A DNA stretch of 64,000 nucleotides from Eledone cirrhosa. Lineage: Eukaryota. Positions 15,420 to 31,370 of the stretch are shown in pieces. The position numbers and the translations under genes are program-made. Position 1 is the stretch's first letter; each line of letters begins with the position of its first letter. Under the pieces are notes generated by a model. It was not told where the DNA came from and did not search any database. It saw only the letters and a program-made list of their open reading frames with translations. The stretch is taken from positions 17,325 through 81,324 of the forward strand of contig CAXHJY010000427.1 of assembly GCA_964016885.1 (NCBI GenBank), in the 5' to 3' direction.

Positions 15420-15474
15420 CTCCTCTACCTCTTTCTCTAGCTGTATATCTATCTATCTATCTATATACAACATC

Positions 15475-15533
<59 letters not shown>

Positions 15534-15581
15534 TTATGCATAATATCTAGGTGTGTATGAGAGATAGGAAGGAGGGTAAGG

Positions 15582-15674
<93 letters not shown>

Positions 15675-15910
15675 ATGACACGCAGTGGTGTGTTTAAGAA
15701 ATGTCAATGGTATGGAAGATACAGAAGATGTATTGTTTGAAATCAAGATCCAGCACTTGTATAGTGAGTGGTAGCAACAGTAATGCTAATATTGACTCTG
15801 TTCATAGCGTGGCGTTAGTTTAGCTTAGTTCTTCAATATAATTATATATAAACAGACTGTTAGATTACATAGTTGCACACACACTGGCATACAGGAAAAC
15901 ACTTAGACTC

Positions 15911-16016
<106 letters not shown>

Positions 16017-16134
16017 GTACATACGTATATAGGTATACTCAAATACACACAGACACACAGACGCATATCTATATATATACATATATACATATGTATACGA
16101 ATATATAAACACACTTATATATGCATACTCATGT

Positions 16135-16191
<57 letters not shown>

Positions 16192-16665
16192 CATGCTCTA
16201 TCTATCTATCTATCCATCTATCCATCTATTTCTCTCTCTCTCACACATACACACACTTTCTCTCTCTCCCCCCCTCCCCCTCTCTCTCTTAGATAGTGAG
16301 AAATTAGAAAATATTAAAACAAAAAAGTATACTCAGGCATAGATGCATCTTATAAGGTCTGGTTTCTCAAAGAAGATAAATGCTCACACAAAGGGGTACA
16401 TAGGTTTCAATAGGTTCAATTTACTTACACGTACCCCAATAGCTTTGAATACATCAGCCAATTGGAAACACCACACAAACTTCCTATGCGTCACTATATC
16501 ATGGTGGTTTATAGAGAAAGAATGCCACCTGCGGATAGTATCGATGGTTGCAATAAACTAACTACCGCTAAATTATTCGAGACCAACCTCCAATAACTTA
16601 AAAATTCGATAACACCAGACAATGCAACCATGCAGATCATTTATATATATATATATATATATATT

Positions 16666-16769
<104 letters not shown>

Positions 16770-16967
16770 TGCACGCGCAGACATGTACATGCACACACTC
16801 ACCAATATGTATATATATAGAGTCATATTGTTATAATATTGCTAGAAATAATAACAGAACACACTCACTGCTTGGTTTGGGTTGGTTTTCGCTTCTGTAT
16901 CTGTTATATCTCCATAGTTAATTTATCTGGCAATCAATGTTTATCATTGATTGACCAGTGGTTAAAA

Positions 16968-17004
<37 letters not shown>

Positions 17005-17603
17005 TATATATATAGTAATAATAATAAATTTGAAGACTAAAATCCAAAGAGGGCTCGATAAGGATAAATATATATCAAATATATAAAAACCGTAGACCAA
17101 ATATATATATATATGAGTGTATAATTTAGCAGACTGTATTTTATTGCAAGTATAGATACCACCAGCGGCTGTTATTCTTTGTCTATAAATTAATAGGGTA
17201 CCTCCGATGTTTGTTCACCCTTTCAAGGATCGAATGCTTGAAAATGTGAGTGTCCTCCACATACGATCGTTTTTTTTTTTTTGTATTTTTCATGTGACGT
17301 TGAAATTGGTATTTTAGGGAGATAAAATGTTATTTTTTGCACGGTTTCGGCTACCATACGAAGACACTTGCTTCTTCCATGATTTACACAAAAAAAAACA
17401 TTTTTTTTTCAAATTTTACGTACACTTGTTGTATAGGTCATTGCCTTTCCCTTGGACATCATCAGTGTCGTGCAGGGGAAAGACTGGTTTTTCACAACTT
17501 GCCCGGGGTTATGCCTCGGCAGAGAACATTCCAAATGCAAATATATATTTAATATATTGGCAGCGTGAACCTAATATATAACAATATATATATATATATA
17601 CAT

Positions 17604-17706
<103 letters not shown>

Positions 17707-18181
17707 TATATATATATATACATATATATACATGTATGTATATATATATATAGTTACAGATTAGGTTCACGCTGCCAATAAAAACACGCGCACCTGTTGG
17801 TTTTCACTTCAATTTATCATATATTTCCGGTTGGTTGGCTGGTTCGATAACCGGAAGGTTTTTTTATATATTGTCAAATCTCTTTCGTCACAAATTCTGT
17901 GACCTCCTCAGTGAATAGGTTTTATTTTGTGCGTCTCTCCTTTGTTCTGTACTACACCATCTTGTTTTCGTGTAGGTCGAATGTGTGACGAAAGAGCTTC
18001 GACAATATATAAACGACCACCCAGTTATCAAACCAACCACCCAACTGGAAATTTAAAATAAATTGAAGTGAAAACCAACAGGTGTGTGTGTTTTATTGGC
18101 AACATGACCCTCCCAAAGTATAACAATATCTGTTTCAACACACGTTTTCAGATAATATCTCTTGCAAAACAAATTAAAAAA

Positions 18182-18238
<57 letters not shown>

Positions 18239-18400
18239 ATATAGAAATGGCTTCTACATAACTAGAACTCTTTCATTCGGGAACCTGGGATAAACTGATA
18301 TATATATATGTATATATGTATATATAATTATGGAACGAAGCTTATAGAATAGAATGGGCACTGCTTAGGTTTAAATTTATATATACATACAACATTGCTT

Positions 18401-18529
<129 letters not shown>

Positions 18530-18723
18530 TGTGTGTATTGTGTAATGAAAGTAATGAAAAGAAAAATATCAAAACAAAAACAAGTATGGATGAATAAATA
18601 TATAGGAAACAACTAAAACGATTAAATTTCAGTAAAATTTTATAAAATTCTATAAATTTGTACATTGTTGTTTTAACCATGTCAATACTGTATTGATGAT
18701 AATACACACACACATTGTTATAC

Positions 18724-18758
<35 letters not shown>

Positions 18759-18760
18759 TG

Positions 18761-18828
<68 letters not shown>

Positions 18829-18853
18829 AATATATATATATATATATATATAT

Positions 18854-18939
<86 letters not shown>

Positions 18940-19210
18940 ATATATATATATATATAATAGTTATACATATTTACATAGATATATGTGTTTGTGTATCTGT
19001 GCATGTGTCTGTATATATACATATATATATGTAAGTGTGTATCCGTCTGTCTGTCCGTGAGTGTGAAATCGTTTATTTACAATGAAATTTCTTTAACATT
19101 TCTCCAGTTCTTTCTATGAAAGTATTTTATTTTCTTTCTCTTTAATATTTTCTGTTTTTTTTCATAAAATAAACTTAAAAACAAGGTATTGTTCAAATAA
19201 ATAGTCATAT

Positions 19211-19296
<86 letters not shown>

Positions 19297-19300
19297 GTAT

Positions 19301-19421
<121 letters not shown>

Positions 19422-19931
19422 TATATTTATATATATAATACGTACGTAAATATGTATATATATATATATATATATATAAATTACATATATAAACCACCGA
19501 TTGATCCACCAACTAAATAAACCATGCCGCCGCGTGGTTGTGTTTATATAAATATTGTTGTATATAGCTATATACATATATAGGTGTATATATGTATTTA
19601 TATATATTTGTGTTTGTGTGCGTGTGTGAGGGGGGGAGTGTATGCGTGTGTGTCTGTGTATGTAATGTAGGAATTTCAGACCGTGAAAATAACTGTAAAT
19701 CTTTAGAGCAGCAGTTGAAAGATATGAGGCTCGATACCATGTAGTCACCGCTGGACCCTTTTAATTCCGTAAATAAGGGGTCTCTTTTCTATTTTCTAAG
19801 CTAGTTATAGCAACCAACAGTATTTACAATTACTTTTCTGCGTCTGTGTCCCATACCTTTTCTATGATCTTCATAATCCCTCAGAGACACGATAGTTCGA
19901 ACTTCCATGTGATTTTGTAAATACATATACA

Positions 19932-20058
<127 letters not shown>

Positions 20059-20059
20059 C

Positions 20060-20875
20060 ATCTACATTCTTCAATGTTCCAGTTTTATTCACATTCTTCA
20101 GTTGTTTTATCGCAAGTCCGTAGAATTTGGTGATATCTCTTGTGTCCCATCAATCTGTTTGTCCCTTAATTTTACTGGAACCACACCACCTTCGCCAATC
20201 TACTGTTGTTACGCCAACTTCACTAACAAGTCTGTCTTTATATCAATCAATATGATGTGATATTATGAATGAGATTGTGTTGTTGTTTCTATCAGTTTGA
20301 CCGAACACTCATTGCTGCTATTTCATTTTATTAAGATATCCCTGCGATGAAATTTCATAGATTGACCCTGTTGTGATTTTAAATAAGGAATTTTGTTTTA
20401 ACAAAAAAAAAAAAATTCCTCTAGGATTTTAGCCACATTCTGATCACTTTGTAAAGTTCCTTAGCCCCTTTATGAACTCTTACCTTCTGAAACCTAAAAC
20501 TATAAGACCCAAAACCTGAATGTAAACGAATATTAGTTCTCAGAGTAATACCAACAAAATTTCCCTTTAAATTATTACATCTTGAACAGGGCTATTCACA
20601 TTGGATAATATAACCTTATGTAAGCAATGCTCACGGAAAATGCGTTCCTGTTCTTGTTGTTCTTGTTGTTATTGCTGGTAATATTGCTCTTGGTGGTTCC
20701 ATTGAAGGAAGTGAAATAAAAGGAGTAAACCTGACAAAAATGGCGGTGGGTGCTACAAAGGAAACGATTTACGAAACGTAGACAAAATGGCGTCGATTGG
20801 CGTAAAATGACTGCAAATAATGTTCGTATGATAATGTTCATCTGGTTTGATTTGATCGGATTGAATATATCGCAT
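20060..20875 (-). other. Probable NR2E1 3' UTR
   Basis: Non-repetitive stretch directly after the stop codon, with AATAAA on the minus strand near 20330 and 20085. The true 3' end is unknown. Confidence 0.5.
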
Positions 20876-21144
20876 TTAAAAGTCTGATGATTTATACATA
20901 TCCACGAGTAGCCTTTCTATTGGTATGTTGCCGATAGTTTTTCTGAAGAACAGCTCTTCTATTGTGTTACCAGAAACGCTGCGTAGTGTCGGAAGTAAGA
21001 GAAGCAGTTTCCCGAAGCGGAACGGTTGACTGGGATAACTTCCTTGGATATATTTGCTTAATGTCACCTGGGCTTGATCTTGTAATCCGGCAATCGTATG
21101 GAAATCACGCAAACTTTTCATCTCGCTCCCAGCGTTTGGAAAAA
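20876..21144 (-). CDS. NR2E1: NR2E1/tailless last coding exon (LBD helices 9-12, AF-2)
   Basis: VFPNAGSEMKSLRDFHTIAGLQDQAQVTLSKYI...QPFRFGKLLLLLPTLRSVSGNTIEELFFRKTIGNIPIERLLVDMYKSSDF*, closely resembling the NR2E1 C-terminus; tttcag acceptor at 21150-21145, in frame with the previous exon. Confidence 0.96.
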
Positions 21145-21225
21145 CTGAAATTTAAGAAAATAAAGAGAATTCAATAAGCATATGGCCTCAGCTAGTCGGC
21201 TGGACTACGTAATAGAGTAATAGAT

Positions 21226-21414
<189 letters not shown>

Positions 21415-21415
21415 G

Positions 21416-21488
<73 letters not shown>

Positions 21489-21495
21489 GTATGTC

Positions 21496-21566
<71 letters not shown>

Positions 21567-21567
21567 G

Positions 21568-21631
<64 letters not shown>

Positions 21632-21678
21632 CATATATATATATATACATATATATTTATATATATATATATATACAC

Positions 21679-21744
<66 letters not shown>

Positions 21745-21808
21745 GGTAAACAAAAATAACAACACAATCAGTACAGTATATGGAAGGGATATATTAGGTT
21801 AACGCTTG

Positions 21809-21857
<49 letters not shown>

Positions 21858-22023
21858 CAATGACTTAGAGACTTTGTTGATATGTAATCAACGGTGTTAT
21901 GTTCACAACAGATACGAAGCACTCGACAGCTAAAATTAATCTGGAATATTATGATAATAATAGTAATAAATGAAAGAAATAACACTACTATTATTTAATA
22001 TGAAATAAATAGTGATGCTATAG

Positions 22024-22062
<39 letters not shown>

Positions 22063-22302
22063 ATATAGGTGTGTGTGCTTGTGTATGTTCATTTGTGTGT
22101 ATGCATATGTATAAGCGTGTGAATTTCACATTATTTTAACATCCATCATATACAGTCTACTAACACGGAACAGCTAAAACTTAATCAAACATTGTACACT
22201 AAACATCCCGCCCAAACTTCTTAATTAATTTAATCCACTGTAATAGGAAGTGGAGTATGCACACACTCACATATATAAATATATATAAATATGTATGCGT
22301 CA

Positions 22303-22368
<66 letters not shown>

Positions 22369-22548
22369 AATAATAATAAATTTGAAGACTAAAATCCAAA
22401 GAGGGCTCGATAATGATAAATATATATCAAATATATAAGAACCCTAGAGCAAATGTTTATTAAAATATATATATACACATGATAGAAGCTGGCGAGCGAA
22501 GGCTGGCGGGATAAACGGGACATTTTGAAACTCTGCTTCAAGAGATTG

Positions 22549-22645
22549 AGACGTATCTGAAGAACTTGCGATTTCAGAGTCAGGTTTGAGCCACGCATCG
22601 ATCGTGCCTCGAGCTGTTCGCCAGAGAAACGATTGTAATATGTCT
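22549..22645 (+). ncRNA. Type I hammerhead ribozyme with long stem II
   Basis: AGACGTAT-CTGAAGA-[A CTTGCGA...GGTTTGAG..CACG..CGTG..CTCGAGCT...TCGCCAG A]-GAAA-CGATTG-TA-ATATGTCT; 8-bp stem I. Confidence 0.72.
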
Positions 22646-23360
22646 AATAAATTCTAATTCGTCGCAACACTGATTGATTCTCCGTTTCTTATGTGATATT
22701 ATACTCTGCTCTGTAAGAGCATCGAGTGCTCAAACGGCCTACCGCATACGGACGCTTTAAGCATCCCACACCAAATATATATAATATATCTTTTTATATA
22801 TAATAAACAACAGAATATAACTATTCCATTACGTAAGGTTTCATGAATCTAGCCGATCTTACAGAAACCTCTAGTATATATATATATATATATATTTTTT
22901 TTTTTCCAGCACTAGACCATGCCCTTAATGAAGATGACATAGAGATAAGAGTTGAGTTTTGTGAGTGGTACCTGGCGAAATGTGATTGAAAGAGATTGAA
23001 CCGAAATACCAAATGAAATGATTCGCTAAGTCATCAATTCCATCCATCTTTTATCAGCAGTGCCTGGACTAAAATGGTCATTATTTTGAACAACTGCGAT
23101 AACTCAAAAATTCTAATCCTGACAATTTTGTCTTGAAGAATAAAAACTTTAATATTCCATATAAACATGTTTTCACACACAAACACATTTATATATATAT
23201 TCCGTCAATAAGCATAATTTTTACAAACTCTTCCCTCTCTCTCTCTCGCTCTCTCTCTCCCTCTCTCTTATTCATTCTTCATTCTCTCCTCCGTAGTCAC
23301 ATATATATTGTTTTTTAAATAGTCATCTACATTATCTAGAAAATATAAGTATATCCAGAC

Positions 23361-23482
23361 ATATGCAGTTATTAGATGCAGAATTTTTGGAATGTTTTAC
23401 ATATTTTTACTGTTACATACATACATGTAACAGTAAAAATATGTAAAACATTCCAAAAATTCTGCTTCTAATAACTGCATAT
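23361..23482. repeat. ~120-bp palindrome
   Basis: ATATGCAGTTATTAGA.GCAGAATTTTTGGAATG...CTGTTACAT (ACATAC) ATGTAACAG...CATTCCAAAAATTCTGC.TCTAATAACTGCATAT. Confidence 0.9.
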
Positions 23483-23942
23483 ACACTTGTACATATAGAA
23501 AGCACATGCACACATACAACTCAAAACATACATATCCACACATACAATAACATGCATACCTGCACACACATGCATACATATCTACCTAGTTGATGTTGTG
23601 TAAATTCCAATGAGAGAGTCATGTGTATATGTTAGAAACCGACTCTCTCTTTATTGGTAAAAATTTGTGAAATTATAAAACCAGAAGAACATACATTCAT
23701 ACATATATACATACATACAAACATACTACCTGCATTAGCAAGCATAACGTGTCCAAACTGTTTCCTTTTCACATGCACACATCACACATATACACACAAA
23801 TATATACAAATATATACATACACATACATACAAATATATACATGCATATATATGTGTGTGTGTGTGAAATATATACAGACACACATACATCTATACATAT
23901 TTACATATAGATATATCCCTTATGACGAGAATGTTTGTAAAG

Positions 23943-23973
<31 letters not shown>

Positions 23974-24246
23974 TATATATATATACTCTTTCCATAACTT
24001 GTACATTCTTTCTTTCACTCTCTCTTTGTCTATCTATCTATCTATGTATTCATGTATCTATCTATCTCTCTGTTTTCCTCACTCTCTCTCTATTACAAAC
24101 ATACGGACATTCCCACACATACACTAACACATACTTACATAGATACAAACAAACAAGGATACAAGTACGGAAGCATACAGAGATACATACATACAAGCAC
24201 GCATATATATTTATATATAACTATCTACATTTCTTATTTCTCTCTC

Positions 24247-24298
<52 letters not shown>

Positions 24299-26297
24299 TC
24301 TATCTATCTATCTATATATATATATATATATATATATATCTTTCTTTTTCTCTACACATACACACACTGACAGACACACATACATACATCTACATACAAA
24401 CATCCCACCTTCTTAGAAGAAAGGAAACTTAAGTATAAAAAACAATGCAAGGACACACTAACAAACGTCAAAAGTATGAGACTACGGCGGGAAGACGGAA
24501 GAAGGAAGGACGTAAAAGGCAGCCATTAGTAACGAAAGATAGTCAAGAAGACAGCCATTTTGTTAATAAATTTTCTTGTTTTTCTTCTCCACACACTGTC
24601 TGTTTACACTGTTTTGGTCTATTTCCGGTTGTTTCACAGTATTACACATTAAAATCTATTGACATAGTCTTCCATTCATAAATAGCAACATTCCACATTT
24701 GAGAATTACTCCTGGGAAAATATGACCAAAAAACAAAGTTACCTGGGATTTTTGTCGGATGGGGGAAGGGGGCACTGGGGTGTTTTTGTTTTGTGTTTGT
24801 TTTGTGCTTGTCTTGTTTGTTTTTCAACTTTTTCCTTTACACGAAAAACTAAAAAGTAAAGAAAATAAATTTTTGTTTCCATCTTGTTTTTACTTCGCTG
24901 TTTAACCGTTGGTGTTTGTGTATGTATAAGTCTGTTGGTTATGGCATATATGTGCGTGTGTATGTACGTGTGCTTGTTTGTGTGTGTGTGTGTGTGTGCG
25001 TGTGTGTGTACGTGTGCTTGTGTGTACGTGTGTACGTGTGTTTGTATGTGTATGTATTTGCTTTTGTATTTATGTGTGAATAATTGTATCTATTTGTCTA
25101 TATTTTTCTGTGTCTGTGTCTGTGTTTGTCTATGTATATCCACGTGTGTGTGTGAGAGAGAGAGTGTGTGCGTGCGTGTGTGTGTGTGTGTCATTATGCC
25201 TATGTATGTCTGCCTGTGTAGCTATATCTGTGTATGTGTAATATCTGTAATTGTATATGTTTGTCTGTGTCAATGAGTCTATGTATATGTATGTACATAT
25301 GTGTGTATGTGTAATTGTGTATGTTTGTGTCAACGTGTCTATGTACATGTGTGTGTATGTAATATGTCTACTTCTATGTGTAACTGTATCTATGTTCATG
25401 TCTGTCAGAGCATGTATGTGTATGTATGTATATATATGTGCATGTATGTGCATATGTGTGTATGTATGTGTATGTATGTGTATGTATGTGCATGTATGTG
25501 TATGTGTATGTATGTGTATGTATGTGTATGTGTATGCATGTGTATGTATATGCATGTATATGCATGTATGTGCATGTATGTGTATGTGTATGTATGTGTA
25601 TGTATGTGTATGTGTATGCATGTGTATGTGTATGCATGTATATGCATGTATGTGCATGTATATATGTGCATGTATGTATGTGTATGTATGTGTATGTATG
25701 TATATGTATGTGTATGTGTATGTATGTGTATCTATGTATGTATGTATATGTATGTGTGTGTATGTGTACGTATATGTATATATGTGTGTATGTGTACGTA
25801 TATGCTTGTATGTGTATGTGTATATATGTATATGTATATGTATGTATGTGTATGTATGTATGTGTATATATGTATATGTATGTATGTGTATATATGTATA
25901 TGTATGTATGTGTATGTATGATAAAGAAGAGAAGGAGAAGGCTATAGCAGACAATTTACTTTATTTATAAAAACATTTCAGTTTTTTCTTCAATTTTCTA
26001 GATAGAGAAAGAGATGGTGGGGAAGCAGAGATGGTGAAGAATAGAGGATGGTGAAGATACGAGGAGGGGGGACGAGGGGGTGGGAGGATACGAGGACGGT
26101 GGGGATAGGAGAGAGGGGGTGTACGCTGGAGGAAGGGGTTACAAAACAAAGCAAAAATTAAATGACCAAAACCAAAAGCAAAGACACCATAAATATTTGT
26201 TGAAATAAACTAAACATAATTAAGAATGAGAAATGTTCGTTGTTTGTCTTTGCTGTTGTTCTTCCTTTTGTTATTGATGTTGTTGTTGTTATTGTTA

Positions 26298-26329
<32 letters not shown>

Positions 26330-26434
26330 CTTGTTGTTATTGTAGTTCTTATTGTTGTGGTTGCTGTTTTAACTGATGTTGTATATTAATTGGTTACTAT
26401 TAACAGCAAAGGTGGAAGTTAAAGATGTCAATTA

Positions 26435-26796
26435 CCGTATTTCCCGGCGCCGAAGACGCTTCGTTCTCGACGACGCACCCTATTGTAAAATGTGTATATT
26501 ACCAAATTTGCCTCAGGTGTCAGGTTGACACTCGGCGTGATATGGGAAAGAAGCAGAATTCAAAGGAGGTTTCCCATAATAATTGATTCAACTTTTGGCA
26601 CAAGGCCATCAATGCTGGGAGAAGGCACCGTATTTCCTGGTGCCGAAGACGCTTCGTCCTTGAGGATGCACCCTAATTTTAACAACCAAAAATTGTGAAA
26701 AATAATAATAAACCATGTTCGGCCTCCATGACATATGGTAGATTTTTTGGACTTATTTTAGGGAAAAAGTAGAGTCTTTGGCGCCGGGAAATACGC
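26435..26796. mobile_element. Tc1/mariner-pogo type MITE with duplicated left end
   Basis: TA|CCGTATTTCCCGGCGCCGAAGAC ... GTCTTTGGCGCCGGGAAATACGC|TA; the left end is repeated at 26628. Confidence 0.75.
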
Positions 26797-27035
26797 TACA
26801 TATTAAAACATAGTATCGAACATTACACCTCTTCCATCCCTACTACAACCACCATTCCACCACTACCACCACTACTACCACCACTACTACCACCACTACT
26901 ACAACCACTACTAACACCACTTCCACCATCAAACCCCCTTTCACTGGCTGGTGGTAGCACCCAGTCTAGGAATCAAGTGTTAAAATGTTCAGCTATATGT
27001 TACAGTGAGGAAAATAAAAATGTGTCCTGCCTTAC

Positions 27036-27185
27036 CTGTTTTGAAAATAACGATACCCTTCAGACATGCGTACTCGGTCGGGTCAACCATCAGAGCTTTA
27101 AATTTTGTTATAATTTCCTGTAAAATTCTGATTTCACTCATGATGTTCACAACTTTCTCTGGTGGTGAATGATCGCCATTTATAC
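27036..27185 (-). CDS. NR2E1: NR2E1/tailless exon, LBD helices 7-9
   Basis: GINGDHSPPEKVVNIMSEIRILQEIITKFKALMVDPTEYACLKGIVIFKT; cag acceptor, GTAAG donor, 150 nt (phase 1 to 1). Confidence 0.95.
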
Positions 27186-27321
27186 CTGTCACCATAGAAA
27201 CAAACATATATATATATGCATAATAAATTTATACATAAACATTATATCATACACACCCACACACACATATATATATACATACATATATATATATGTATGT
27301 ATATATGTATATATATATCCA

Positions 27322-27369
<48 letters not shown>

Positions 27370-27441
27370 TTATACATCTGTATGTAAGTATATATGTATT
27401 GGATTGGGTAAAAAGAACAAAAACCAACAAAGTTAAATGAC

Positions 27442-27891
<450 letters not shown>

Positions 27892-27903
27892 CTGTTTATA
27901 TTG

Positions 27904-27969
27904 TATTTTGTCTGAAGAAGGCATAACATATTTTTAATATGATATCCCTGAAATATATATAATGAAATA
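27904..27969 (+). ncRNA. Type I hammerhead ribozyme, diverged family A member
   Basis: TATTTTGT-CTGAAGA-AGGCATAACATATT(TTT)AATATGATATCCCT-GAAA-TATATA-TA-ATGAAATA; different stem II sequence but same fold and same downstream tail as 2921. Confidence 0.75.
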
Positions 27970-28197
27970 AATATGGTTTTATAAATATAGTTTCCATTTA
28001 TTTAATATCGTATATATATATATATAGGCTCCGAAGATAATATTGACACATCTATTTATTTTTAATGGACTAATATCGATTGATATTCAATATCATAACC
28101 TCAATGTCCACTTTTACTGACCAATATTTGAACAATTTGTTAGCCATTAAATATATATATGTATTCATAGATCTTTGTTGTTCTCTCTAGCATTTTA

Positions 28198-28233
<36 letters not shown>

Positions 28234-28689
28234 GAAATAGTATGTGAAATTATATTCAGCCATTTATGATAATTTACTGTATTGTTTCATATTAATTATC
28301 AAATACTGCTGATGAAGGTACCAGATGTGTGTATATATTTTATTACACAATCGTCTGTTCGATGCATATATTCATGCTGAAGCTAAAAGCAAAATTTGTA
28401 TTTATTTTAATATCTATTCTTTATTTAATTCCATGTTATTTCATTTGTATCACACTTTATTTGTATAGAGAAATATTAGCTTTAAAATTGATGTATTTAT
28501 ATATATTTATATGTTTATAGATCCTTTTGGTAAATATTGCGCGAAAATATCTTATCGGTGTATTGAGGAATAGTTATTAATGTCATACATATCTATTTGA
28601 GTTATGGCAAACCACTTCACTATTGGATGGACGTGCATGGCCACCGGGCATATCACAATAATTGCATAAATGCACCAATGACTGCGTAA

Positions 28690-28740
28690 GCATCTGACGA
28701 AGTCACATGAATAACCATGTAACAGAAATATATATAATGC
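28690..28740 (+). ncRNA. Type I hammerhead ribozyme candidate
   Basis: GCAT-CTGACGA-AGTCACATG(AATAAC)CATGTAACA-GAAA-TATATA-TA-ATGC. Confidence 0.68.
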
Positions 28741-28781
28741 AATAAACAATTATGGTGATTTAATCCCGTCTTAACTACTAC

Positions 28782-28848
<67 letters not shown>

Positions 28849-28870
28849 TATGTGTGTGTGTGTGTGTGTG

Positions 28871-28907
<37 letters not shown>

Positions 28908-30639
28908 ACACACACACATATATATACTGGTGTGTACTCCAATATATGCGCATATATATGTAAAAACATTGATTAATATTCTCTCTGTATTATACAGCTG
29001 TATGTGTGTGTGTATGTATGTATGTATGTATGGATGGATGGATGTGTGTGTGTATGTCTGTGTGGGATGTGTAGGTGTGTGTATGTGAATGTCTGTGTGG
29101 GGTGTGTATGTGTGTGTATGTGAATGGCTGTGTATGTACGTAAGTATGTTTGTATTTGCATGTACGTTTATGCGTGTATCTGCTCCTCTGCGTGTGTGTG
29201 AGTGTGTGAGTGTGTGCATGTGTGGGCGTGTGTGTGTGTGTGTGTGTGTGTGTGTTTAAGAATTATCAATTGTTAACTCTGTGACATCACTTCCGGTTAG
29301 GTAACTGGCAATATTTGATCACCTGATATGAGTGTTTGGCTGGAAAGGCGGAGAAATTCTTGATGAAACATAAAAAGCTGAAAGTCGACAGCAGAAGTAA
29401 TGGCCTAGTGGCGTAGTGGTGTGTTGGCATAGTGGTGTGGTGGCGTAGTGGTGTGGTGGTGTGCTGGTGTGGTGGCGTAGTGGCGTAGTCGCGTAGTGGC
29501 ATGGTGGTGTGCTGGTGTGATGGTGTGGTGGTGTGGTGGTGTGGTGGTGTGGTGACGTTATGTCTTATGTGGTGGCGTGGTGCTATAGTAGCATGGTGGA
29601 ATTATGACTTGTGGTGGTGGCGATGGTGGTGGTGGTGTGGTGCTATAGAAGCATGGTGGAATTATGACTTGTGATGGTGGTGGTGGTGGTGGTGATGGTG
29701 GTGGTGGTGGTGGTGGTATCGTGCTATAGAAGCATGGTGGAATTATGACTTGTGGTGGTGGTAGTTGTGGTGGTGGTGGTGTCCTGGTGCCGTGGTAGTG
29801 ACCTGGTGGTGTAGTAGCGTGGTGAAATGGCGGTGTGGTGATTGACGCTATGTCTTGATGTTGTGGTGGTGGTGAGGTGTAGTAGTGGTGTGTGTGAAAT
29901 GGTGGTGTGGTGGTAGTTCTCGTGATGTATTGACGTTGTTGTGGTGGTGTGGGGTAGCAATGGTTGTATTGAGATGGCGATGTGATGGTGTGGTGTAGTA
30001 GTCATGTGGTGGTGTGGTGTAGCAGTGGTGTGGTGTAGTAGTGATGAGGTGAAATGGCGGTGAGGTGGTGTGGGGTAGCAGTGGTGTGGTGAAATGGCGG
30101 TGTGCTTGGATATACTAATCTTATGGATATGATATCCTAACTGATCCCATTTAGCAAATATCCTTCGAAATTCTTCAGCTGACATTCTTGCCCCGCCACC
30201 CCCTCCTCCTTCTTCCTCCTCCACCTCCTCCTTCTTCTTCACCATCTGCATCATTATCATTATTATCATCATCACCATCATCAATCAACATCATCACCAT
30301 CATCACCATCACCATCACCATCATCATCATCATCACATATTACTTTTACATCTCGTTATTTTTTCTTTTATTTTTCATTTTTCTTTCCTTTGAATATTTT
30401 CTTGTTTTCTTTTTTTTGTGTAGTTTTTTTCTGTAACTTTTTTTTTGTTTTCTCTTTACTATTTCTTTATTTATTTCTTGCGGGTTGGTGAGGTTATTTA
30501 TCTCTAGTTAGGGGCGGATGGCCGGGTAGGGGAGGAGTTCGTCCGCCATTTTAACAGCTCTTGCTTTTGGGGGTTTCTTTTTCTGCTGCTGGGGTTCTAC
30601 TTACCCTCCTCACCAAACAAGGATCTGATGTAGGATCCC

Positions 30640-30683
<44 letters not shown>

Positions 30684-30809
30684 CAAAGAGGGTGTTGTAA
30701 GAAACCAGGGGACCATGACGCACCAGAGTACTGTTCGGATCTAGCTGTCGAAACGGCCGGAACTCAGCCGTCGGGGTCCTGACTCTTTTCGCTATATATA
30801 TATATATAT

Positions 30810-31202
30810 CTAGAGCTGGTAAAATTCCCGAGATCCATAGACGAGTTCTCTCCAACGGTCTCTGTCCCTCATTATCGCTGCCATGTCCTGCGTCTCCAAA
30901 AAACCAGTGTCTGTCCTTAAGAAATCAACATATGTTAACCTCAGTCTTCCTCTTCCAGTATGTCCATGCAGGGGCTCCCACAGGAGCACTGAGTGCAGTG
31001 TCAACTCTGGATGTCGGTGAGCATGTCCAGCTAACCTCAGTCTCCTCTGTGTCACTTTCGAGCTGACTTTTGGGAGGCTCCCGTAAAGCTCTGTGTTCTT
31101 CAACCTCAGTGTATACTGATTAATGTTCAGAGCCATCCTCAGCATTCTCGTGTAGCACCCATCCACCATCTGAGTGAGTTTCTTGGTCAGTATCCAAGTC
31201 TC

Positions 31203-31203
<1 letters not shown>
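30810..31203 (-). mobile_element. 3' fragment of an RTE/RTEX-type LINE
   Basis: YETWILTK...DGCYTRMLRMALNI...RRLRLAGHAHRH...LLWEP..G..GRGR..LTY...MRDRDRWR, a post-RT C-terminal pattern. Confidence 0.8.
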
Positions 31204-31237
<34 letters not shown>

Positions 31238-31370
31238 TGTATGTATGTATGTATGTATGTATGTATATGCGTGTACGCGAGTGCATGTTGGTATATCCTC
31301 GTGTTCACCAATGCCATGCGAATAGACATTGCAGAAGCCCATCGTTCATATATATATATATATATATATA

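Noticed and set aside
16343-16640. Unique-looking segment between repeats, possible Penelope GIY-YIG remnant
   Set aside because: No clear motif in any frame that I could support.
17425-17470. Minus-strand CTGATGA...GAAA
   Set aside because: No convincing stem I or II.
20880-20952. CTGATGA and CTGAAGA motifs
   Set aside because: Antisense to NR2E1 coding sequence with no supporting stems; chance matches.
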